DNA of 64,000 bases from a virus: IMG/VR virus record IMGVR_UViG_3300027816_000055; one strand, written 5' to 3'. Position 1 is the first letter of the stretch; every line of letters begins with the position of its first letter. This document shows positions 52,714-58,496 of the stretch, in pieces. The position numbers were made by a program, and so were the translations under genes. Below the pieces are notes generated by a model, which saw nothing but the letters and a program-made list of their open reading frames with translations, was not told where the DNA came from and ran no database searches.

Positions 52714-52913
52714 GCTGTAAATTAATAGTTTGTTTTGACCTTGCAGCATTGACGCTTTTGACGCCCCATTCGGTTCGTGCTGCTACCATAGCACTGTTTC
52801 AGTCGTACCACTTTTCTTGATTTTCCTTGCATTCAAGCAATTACTTTTTAATATCAAGGCAACCGGCATGATCTTCAATCCGGCATTACCGTATCGGTAT
52901 ATCAATTTACAAC
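52714..52913 (-). ncRNA. Unknown 200-nt structured RNA
   Basis: 14-bp closing helix GTTGTAAATTGATA/TATTAATTTACAGC with internal hairpins; lies between two tRNAs. Confidence 0.6.
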
Positions 52914-52920
52914 TATAAAT

Positions 52921-53010
52921 TGGAGGAAAGAGAGGGATTCGAACCCCCGGAGGCTTTTAGACCCCTACGGTTTTCAAGACCATCGCCTTAAACCACTCAG
53001 CCATCTTTCC
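52921..53010 (-). tRNA. trnS: tRNA-Ser(TGA), canonical
   Basis: ATGGT-CTTGAAA-ACCGT, long V arm, CCA. Confidence 0.95.
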
Positions 53011-53028
53011 AATATTTTAAAAGAACAA

Positions 53029-53229
53029 TTATACGTCTTCTTCTGGTACAATTTTATCTGCTTTCAAACTCAAATCGCCACCCGCTTCTTCTACCACAGC
53101 TTTGATTTCACTTTCAAGCTCTTTGATTTTTTCTTTGTAACCAGCGGCTACATCCTTAAAATCTTTTTTGGTGAAGATTAATTTTTCCGTCAATTCGTAA
53201 ACCTTTTTTTCTGCTTCTGCTTTTGTCAT
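53029..53229 (-). CDS. Small coiled-coil protein
   Basis: MTKAEAEKKVYELTE... Confidence 0.6.
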   Translation of the reverse strand: MTKAEAEKKVYELTEKLIFTKKDFKDVAAGYKEKIKELESEIKAVVEEAGGDLSLKADKIVPEEDV

Positions 53230-53246
53230 ATGACAATACATAGTTG

Positions 53247-53570
53247 TTACATTGTCAATTCATTTGATTTTTTTACAGCAATTTCATATGACGAATTTAT
53301 TAATTTATACAAATCATTTGGATACATTCCATCCACACCATTTGTTTTATTAAATATATGATATTGCTCTGCTTCAAGATGATGAAGTGAGCATAACGTT
53401 ATACCATTTTCTATTACATAGCCTCCATTTGGCATTTCATGTCTATCTGTAATATGATGTGCATCAAGATTTTCAGTCGATCCACAAATTTTGCACCGAT
53501 TCTTATCTCGCGCAAATACATTTTTTGAGAAATTCTTGCGCCATTCCTTATGTGCTTGTTTCTTGCTCAT
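53247..53570 (-). CDS. HNH endonuclease
   Basis: CKICG..LDAHHI..NGITLCSLHH. Confidence 0.85.
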   Translation of the reverse strand: MSKKQAHKEWRKNFSKNVFARDKNRCKICGSTENLDAHHITDRHEMPNGGYVIENGITLCSLHHLEAEQYHIFNKTNGVDGMYPNDLYKLINSSYEIAVKKSNELTM

Positions 53571-53751
53571 CTTTTTTAATTTGTTTATATATTGCATCTG
53601 CTTCTTCTAAATAAAGATCTTGTTCGCATCTGGCCCATTCTTCCGCCGACATTCCATTTCCATAATATCCATGAAATTCAGCATGCATTTTCCAACCTTC
53701 TGCATATTTTTTTGCCAAATTATATGCAATATTTGTAATAACTTTATTCAT
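53548..53751 (-). CDS. Hypothetical protein
   Basis: 67-aa ORF. Confidence 0.5.
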   Translation of the reverse strand: MNKVITNIAYNLAKKYAEGWKMHAEFHGYYGNGMSAEEWARCEQDLYLEEADAIYKQIKKDEQETST

Positions 53752-53763
53752 ATTTTACTAAAT

Positions 53764-54147
53764 TGGTGGACGTGGAGGAAGTTGAATCCTCGTCTTTAAC
53801 ATTTTACCCATACCAGACTACATGTTTATTCATTTTGAATTTATTCGTGGCAATTCTAATAAATGAAAAACAAAATTGCCCTTAAGATTGCTCAATGTTC
53901 AACAATACAACACAATCCGATTATATCGTTTACTCTGATAAATGGCGTTTACATCAGTATCAGATATTCTGATATAAACGGGCTACCAGTAAATTAGGCA
54001 GCAACAGCGACTTCATCATAGTTGAAGTCATATGCAATTACATTGTCTTCTGCATTTAGGTTTTTAATGGATTTTTTTAGGAAGCCAACCATCATCTTCC
54101 ACATGCCTAGCATGACTAGTATATTAAATCGAAACCAGTACACGCCC
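53764..54147 (-). ncRNA. ssrA: tmRNA; tag reading frame 54053-53994 (AEDNVIAYDFNYDEVAVAA)
   Basis: GGGCGTG/CACGTCC acceptor with G3.U70, ACCA end, T-arm GAGG-ATTCAACTT-CCTC, tag ending in AA-TAA. Confidence 0.93.
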
Positions 54148-54153
54148 GTAAAA

Positions 54154-54342
54154 TTATATTTCTGTATTAATAGATTGTGCTTTTTCAGCATCAAAATTTT
54201 TTAATGCCTGATAAACTTCTTTCAGACACGAATACTCACTTTGATCCATACCCGGCATCACACTAACTCTTAAGTTAGAGTAATTTTTTTCTTTACAAAT
54301 TTTGTTTAATTGGTGTTTATACCAGTCATTGCTTTTTTTCAT
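54154..54342 (-). CDS. Hypothetical protein
   Basis: MKKSNDWY..., coupled to the Sir2 gene. Confidence 0.5.
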   Translation of the reverse strand: MKKSNDWYKHQLNKICKEKNYSNLRVSVMPGMDQSEYSCLKEVYQALKNFDAEKAQSINTEI

Positions 54343-55079
54343 ATTATTGATTCCTCTAATACTTGGCCACAACTTTCTCGTAAAACAAGTGCGGCAAACT
54401 TATCAAACGCAGTAGGAGTATTGTTGATAATTACCAACTTGCATTGTGGATTACGATCCAACAACAAATTGCATGCTGGCATAACCTGTAAACTACTGCC
54501 AATTGCAATCAATAAATCACATTCAGCAATTGCTTTTTGTGCCGTCTCAAAAACAACATCATCCAACCATTCATCAAACAATACCGTGTTTGGTCGAATA
54601 GTTCCAAATGTACAAATTGGACACTTAGGAATTCCTTTGTCATTGAATAAACCAAGATATTGAGAAATATCAAATGTATATTTACATCCATTGGTACATC
54701 TAAAAGATTTACAAGTGCCATGTAATTCTAAAACTTTCTTAGAACCAGCTTTTACATGTAATCCATCAATATTTTGAGTAACAACAGCTTTTAATTTTCC
54801 TTGCTCTTCTAATTTTGCAAGAGCAAAATGCGCTCTATTTGGTTCCTTATCAACCAATTTTAACAACCGTTCCTTGTAAAATAACGATAACAATGCTGGA
54901 TCTTTTCTAAGAGTACGACGAGAAAGAATATCTTCAGGTTCCATTCCTTCAAATGGTCCGCTTGTATACAGCCCACCAACACTACGAAAATCAGGAATTC
55001 CACTTTCGGTGCTAATTCCCGCCCCCGTAAATGCAACGATATTTGTTGCATTATCAATATAACTTTTTAATGTATTCAT
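54339..55079 (-). CDS. Sir2/CobB-type NAD-dependent protein deacylase
   Basis: TGAGISTESGIPDFR, TQNIDGLH, ELHG, Zn Cys pairs, GSSLQV. Start moved to MNTLK. Confidence 0.93.
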   Translation of the reverse strand: MNTLKSYIDNATNIVAFTGAGISTESGIPDFRSVGGLYTSGPFEGMEPEDILSRRTLRKDPALLSLFYKERLLKLVDKEPNRAHFALAKLEEQGKLKAVVTQNIDGLHVKAGSKKVLELHGTCKSFRCTNGCKYTFDISQYLGLFNDKGIPKCPICTFGTIRPNTVLFDEWLDDVVFETAQKAIAECDLLIAIGSSLQVMPACNLLLDRNPQCKLVIINNTPTAFDKFAALVLRESCGQVLEESII

Positions 55080-55084
55080 AAAAT

Positions 55085-55158
55085 TGGCAGGGGATGAAGG
55101 AATCGAACCTTCACTAAGAGATCCAAAGTCTCCTGCACTACCATTATGCAAATCCCCA
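55085..55158 (-). tRNA. trnQ: tRNA-Gln(TTG) copy 1
   Basis: GGAGA-CTTTGGA-TCTCT; CCA. Confidence 0.9.
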
Positions 55159-55265
55159 GTTAAAATTAACCTAACACAAACCGTGCTATTATACGCTAAA
55201 AAGCAATGCGGCACATGCGCCCAAACCCTTATGAAATACTTCTTTCGGGTGTTTGTGTTGAAATT

Positions 55266-55535
55266 GACACTCGCCGTAGCCGATGTTCTGTTCTATTCCT
55301 ACATTTATCTCAATATTTCTATTGGCAATCTGTTAAAGATTGCTGCTCCAACCTTGTCCTGATAACGTGCAGCACTACACTCGGACACTTTAGGATTACT
55401 GCTAATTTGTGGTATTAACGTGCGGTATGTCGTCGTATAACGCTTGAGCGCATCAAACGAAAGCACTCCCAATCATCTGCTGTGCAGCATCGAACTTCCT
55501 CTAAGATATAATCTCAGCGTAGGATCGCTTGTGTC
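55266..55535 (-). ncRNA. rnpB: Compact RNase P RNA
   Basis: CR-I GAGGAAGTTCGATG pairs with CR-V AACAGAACATCGGCT (P4 with bulged U). P1 GACAC/GTGTC; P2 ATCCTAC/GTAGGAAT; P3 CTGAGAT/ATCTTAG; CR-IV-like CCAATAG. Confidence 0.85.
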
Positions 55536-55540
55536 AAAAT

Positions 55541-55615
55541 TGGCTGCTCTTGATGGAATTGAACCACCATTCTCTCGTTCAAAGCGAGTAGTAATAGCCA
55601 TTATACTAAAGAGCA
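55541..55615 (-). tRNA. trnQ: tRNA-Gln(TTG) copy 2
   Basis: CTCG-CTTTGAA-CGAG; TGCTCTT/AAGAGCA acceptor; CCA. Confidence 0.85.
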
Positions 55616-55624
55616 ATATTAAAA

Positions 55625-55700
55625 TGGTGCCAGAATTTGGATTTGAACCACGACAAAAAGATTCAAAGTCTTTTGTGCTAAACCGTTACACCATCGGGCA
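55625..55700 (-). tRNA. trnQ: tRNA-Gln(TTG) copy 3, weak T stem
   Basis: AAAGA-CTTTGAA-TCTTT; mismatches in the T and acceptor stems; CCA. Confidence 0.75.
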
Positions 55701-55709
55701 ATTAAAAAA

Positions 55710-56003
55710 TCAGTCGTATTCCGCTTCTTCATATCCATTTTCTTTTAGATATTTTTCTATCTTTTTACATAAAGCTTTACTAAGCTTTTTTTGAAAATCT
55801 AATGATATAAATTCCGAATCATATGTTGCTTGAAATTTTTTCATGAAAACACGCGGCAACTGTTCTGGAAACTCAAACGATGAATCACTCCAATCATGAT
55901 GATAAATAACATTTTTATTTTCATCAAGAACAACTAAAATTTCTCCAGCTATATTTATAGCATCGTGATCGCACGTATTATTTAAATAATAAAATTTTTT
56001 CAT
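55710..56003 (-). CDS. Hypothetical protein
   Basis: 97-aa ORF between tRNAs. Confidence 0.6.
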   Translation of the reverse strand: MKKFYYLNNTCDHDAINIAGEILVVLDENKNVIYHHDWSDSSFEFPEQLPRVFMKKFQATYDSEFISLDFQKKLSKALCKKIEKYLKENGYEEAEYD

Positions 56004-56010
56004 AAAAATT

Positions 56011-56096
56011 TGGTGCCAGCGATTGGATTTGAACCAATGATTCCATTGTTTGGATTGCTGTTAATACCTTTATGATCTAGATATATTTCACTGGCA
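56011..56096 (-). ncRNA. tRNA-like RNA with acceptor stem, T arm and CCA but no recognisable D or anticodon arm
   Basis: TGCCAGT/GCTGGCA, ATTGG-TTCAAAT-CCAAT, internal ACAGCAA. Confidence 0.6.
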
Positions 56097-56104
56097 TTAT
56101 AAAT

Positions 56105-56179
56105 TGGAGCGCGGAATGGGACTTGAACCCACAACAATTTGCTTGGAAGGCAAATACTCTGCCATTGAGCTACCCGCGC
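56105..56179 (-). tRNA. trnG: tRNA-Gly(TCC) copy 1
   Basis: TTTGC-CTTCCAA-GCAAA; CCA. Confidence 0.93.
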
Positions 56180-56189
56180 ATTTTAAATT

Positions 56190-56264
56190 TGGAGCGTCAT
56201 GTCGGAATCGAATCGACTTGTTCAACTTGGAAGGATGATGCCTAATCCAATCGGCCAATGACGC
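56190..56264 (-). tRNA. trnG: tRNA-Gly(TCC) copy 2
   Basis: TCATC-CTTCCAA-GTTGA; A-C mismatch at the T-stem closing pair; CCA. Confidence 0.85.
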
Positions 56265-56270
56265 ATAAAT

Positions 56271-56364
56271 AGGTGAGACAAAAAATCATTTGTCTGCTGG
56301 ATTAGCTCCCCAGCTTATATTAGTTTTACAACTAATCATAGCTAATAGTGTTTTATTTTCACCT
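56271..56364 (-). ncRNA. Multi-stem tRNA-like element (possible permuted tRNA)
   Basis: AGGTG/CACCT closure, ATTAG/CTAAT arm, GCTGG/CCAGC arm, then a 7-bp AGACAAA/TTTGTCT hairpin. Confidence 0.4.
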
Positions 56365-56370
56365 TTAAAG

Positions 56371-56469
56371 TGGCGGATGATGTCCGTACTGCCCGGACCT
56401 TCGACATTCATATAGAAGCGAATTTAGTTTTCAAGACTAACGAGGCCAGCTTATATCCCCCTATCATCC
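56371..56469 (-). tRNA. trnS: Non-canonical tRNA-Ser(TGA)
   Basis: GGATGAT/ATCATCC-G-CCA; TTAGT-CTTGAAA-ACTAA; A8; T loop GGCAGTA. Confidence 0.75.
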
Positions 56470-56587
56470 ATGTCAATTAAAATCGTTACAAAAGCTCACT
56501 AGTGGAATTAATGTCATCGCCAATACAATTGTAACTAGTTCTTTAGTTTAATATACAACGTCTTATATATCGTTTCAAGAACGAAAA

Positions 56588-56677
56588 TGGCGGAAGTTGA
56601 GGGAATTGCACCCCCACCGGTTTTACCCGGCACTGTTTAGCAAACAGTTCTGACAACCTAATATTCAGCTAACTTCC
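56588..56677 (-). tRNA. trnS: Non-canonical tRNA-Ser(GCT)
   Basis: ACTGT-TTGCTAA-ACAGT; A8; T loop TGCAATT; CCA. Confidence 0.85.
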
Positions 56678-56682
56678 AGAAA

Positions 56683-56760
56683 TGGTGGACACAGAGGGGA
56701 TTCGAACCCCTAATATTCTCATTGCAAGTGAGATGCATTGCCAATTGATGCTACTGGCCC
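56683..56760 (-). tRNA. trnA: tRNA-Ala(TGC) with a bulged acceptor stem
   Basis: TCTCA-CTTGCAA-TGAGA; G3.U70; one extra T in the 3' strand. Confidence 0.85.
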
Positions 56761-56770
56761 ATTTTAAAAT

Positions 56771-56856
56771 TGGTAGGTGTGGTAGGATTCGAACCTACAA
56801 GGACTTCTCGTTTTAAGCAAGATGTTTCTTCCAATTTCACTTTCGTCCACACACCC
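56771..56856 (-). tRNA. trnL: tRNA-Leu(TAA), atypical (short V region, long 8-9 linker)
   Basis: TCTTG-CTTAAAA-CGAGA; GGGTGTG/CACACCT-A-CCA. Confidence 0.85.
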
Positions 56857-56870
56857 ATTATTAAATTAAC

Positions 56871-56922
56871 AAGATACATTTGTTTATTTTTGCTAAATAA
56901 TTTTTGTTGCTGTATGTATCTT
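56871..56922 (-). repeat. Stem+ACAGCAA element copy A
   Basis: AAGATACAT-ACAGCAA...ATGTATCTT; flank identical to copy B. Confidence 0.75.
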
Positions 56923-56927
56923 AAAAT

Positions 56928-57012
56928 TGGTAGTCATGACCCGATTCGAACGTGCAAAGGATATGATATTTTGAGTATCACGGTTGTTCCAGTTTCCCTT
57001 ATCCACATGACC
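56928..57012 (-). tRNA. trnL: tRNA-Leu(CAA), atypical (short V region, long 8-9 linker)
   Basis: TGATA-CTCAAAA-TATCA; GGTCATG/CATGACT-A-CCA. Confidence 0.75.
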
Positions 57013-57035
57013 ATTATCCACATGACCATTATCCA
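56999..57035 (+). repeat. 15-bp tandem repeat (about 2.5 copies) containing TTATCCACA DnaA-box matches
   Basis: TTATCCACATGACCA x2 followed by TTATCCA. Confidence 0.85.
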
Positions 57036-57038
57036 AAT

Positions 57039-57206
57039 TTACGTTTTTAGTACTTTGAGTACGAGTTTTGCTTTTTTTAATTTTTCTTGAGTTGCCGCAA
57101 ACTCTTCGGCACCAACATTACGTTTGAAGTTTGCACTATTCAATTTTCTTTCTAGAAACTTGATATAAAGTTCTTCGTGTGCAATACGTTCTTTATTTGT
57201 TTTCAT
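57039..57206 (-). CDS. Small basic protein (55 aa, not in the ORF track)
   Basis: MKTNKERIAHEELYIKFLERKLNS... Confidence 0.6.
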   Translation of the reverse strand: MKTNKERIAHEELYIKFLERKLNSANFKRNVGAEEFAATQEKLKKAKLVLKVLKT

Positions 57207-57252
57207 AATGTTGCGGTTTTATTTGAAGGATAACCGCAAACCTTATGCTAAG

Positions 57253-57627
57253 TTACTTTACTTCAATATACTTTGTTTTTGCTTCCGGCGTTTTCGGCAC
57301 CGTCAACTTTAACACGCCGTCTTCTAGTTTAGACTCGATTTTATCGAAATCGACATAAGGCAATGCAAACTCTCTCACATAACTTGCTCTTGCATTTTTT
57401 GCAGATACCTTAATTACACCCTTAGTGACTTCAACTTTAATTTCGTCACGTTTGAAGCGGGGCAACTCAATTTCAATCGTATATTGAGATTCAGTTTCCG
57501 CAAAATCAGTTGGTCTCCAATTGCGACTCAATTGAAATGATGGTTCTTTCCAGAAGTCATCATGCAATCTATCAAACAACTGAAATATATCTGTCATTCC
57601 ACTGCCATATCTTTGAATATTATTCAT
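57253..57627 (-). CDS. Hsp20/alpha-crystallin small heat shock protein
   Basis: IELPRFKRDEIKV, YVREFALP, SKLEDGVLKLTVPK; SD AAGGA. Confidence 0.92.
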   Translation of the reverse strand: MNNIQRYGSGMTDIFQLFDRLHDDFWKEPSFQLSRNWRPTDFAETESQYTIEIELPRFKRDEIKVEVTKGVIKVSAKNARASYVREFALPYVDFDKIESKLEDGVLKLTVPKTPEAKTKYIEVK

Positions 57628-57723
57628 ATTTTTATTTCCTTTATTTATATTTCACAAATAAAGTATTTGGATATGTTCTCTACACAAGATATTATCCAAG
57701 ATAATACTTTATGTGAAAAAAGT

Positions 57724-57798
57724 TGGTGGACCTGAGCGGGATCGAACCGCTAACCTCTGAGTGCAAATCAGATGTGTTACCATTAGCACCACAAGCCC
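57724..57798 (-). tRNA. trnA: tRNA-Ala(TGC) copy 2
   Basis: TCTGA-TTTGCAC-TCAGA; G3.U70; CCA. Confidence 0.93.
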
Positions 57799-57825
57799 AT
57801 TATATAAAAATATAATGTAATAAAT

Positions 57826-58060
57826 ACGGCAGGAGTTCCTGCTCCCAGCATAATTTGCAGGTAGGCATATCTACTGAGCCATCTGCGACCAGATACGGTT
57901 TGTCTGTGATTTCGGATCTTGTAGTATTTCCCCCGACGCACGAATTTGCAGAATCTCTACTTCAGGATTTTCACCTTGCCTCAATTCTCACCATTCTACA
58001 TGGTAGACCAACGGGCTCTCGCTTATGCAGTCTAATTTGGACATTAGGTGTCCCCGACAT
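57826..58060 (-). ncRNA. Unknown structured RNA, about 235 nt
   Basis: GC-richer inter-tRNA stretch with at least six hairpins and no credible ORF. Confidence 0.55.
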
Positions 58061-58073
58061 TATTACATAAAAA

Positions 58074-58157
58074 TGGTAGGCATGATAGGACTTGCACCTA
58101 CACGGATTTCTCCATTGATTTCTAAGACCAACGCGGCTTCTTTTACGCCACATGCCC
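58074..58157 (-). tRNA. trnL: Non-canonical tRNA-Leu(TAG)
   Basis: TTGGT-CTTAGAA-ATCAA; T loop TGCAAGT; D loop lacks GG. Confidence 0.88.
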
Positions 58158-58171
58158 ATTATTAAATTAAC

Positions 58172-58279
58172 AAGATACAACAATTTACAGTTTTGCTTCT
58201 GACCTGCATTTTTTTCATGGTCCGCAGACAAGACGATTCATTTCCTATGATAATTTATATTTGTTGCTGTGTGTATCTT
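58172..58279 (-). repeat. Stem+ACAGCAA element copy B
   Basis: AAGATACA-C-ACAGCAA...TGTATCTT. Confidence 0.75.
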
Positions 58280-58288
58280 AAAAATTAC

Positions 58289-58404
58289 GAGATGTGTTTT
58301 TATAATTTGAGTTTCAAGCTCAATGCCTTACCATTAGGCGAATTTTCCACACGGAAAATATTGGATTTGAACCAATAATTTATTTGTATTGCTGCGCACA
58401 TCTC
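58289..58404 (-). ncRNA. Circularly permuted tRNA-Ser(TGA)
   Basis: Order is T arm, closed 7-bp acceptor, D arm, anticodon arm, all inside a GAGATGTG/CACATCTC helix. Confidence 0.75.
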
Positions 58405-58410
58405 TGAAAT

Positions 58411-58488
58411 TGGTCGGCAAGACAGGATTCGAACCTGCGACCTTCTGCTCCCAAAGCAGACGCACTAGCCAAGCTGTGCTACTTGCCG
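58411..58488 (-). tRNA. trnP: tRNA-Pro(TGG), canonical
   Basis: TCTGC-TTTGGGA-GCAGA; CCA. Confidence 0.95.
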
Positions 58489-58496
58489 ATAAAAAA

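Noticed and set aside
52714-52913. 6S RNA, twister, hammerhead or theta ribozyme identity for the 200-nt RNA
   Set aside because: I could not find a rod-like fold with a central bubble, a CUGANGA/GAAA core, a twister L4 or an HDV-like pseudoknot by eye, so it is left unassigned.
53247-53570. HNH gene as an intron-encoded or IscB/HEARO element
   Set aside because: It is a free-standing 107-aa HNH with no interrupted gene, RuvC motifs or intron core nearby.
54339-55079. Sir2 as a Thoeris/DSR/Sir2-HerA defence NADase
   Set aside because: It has the Zn-binding subdomain and full deacylase motifs, and no partner genes.
55080-55214. N-terminal extension of the Sir2 ORF given in the track
   Set aside because: It runs through tRNA-Gln; the real start is the ATG at 55079.
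56470-56587. Structured RNA in this spacer
   Set aside because: Only a GTTACAA/TTGTAAC pairing in AT-rich sequence, which is not above chance.
56999-57035. CRISPR array
   Set aside because: It is a 15-bp tandem repeat with no spacers. No repeat-spacer array or cas gene is present in the window.
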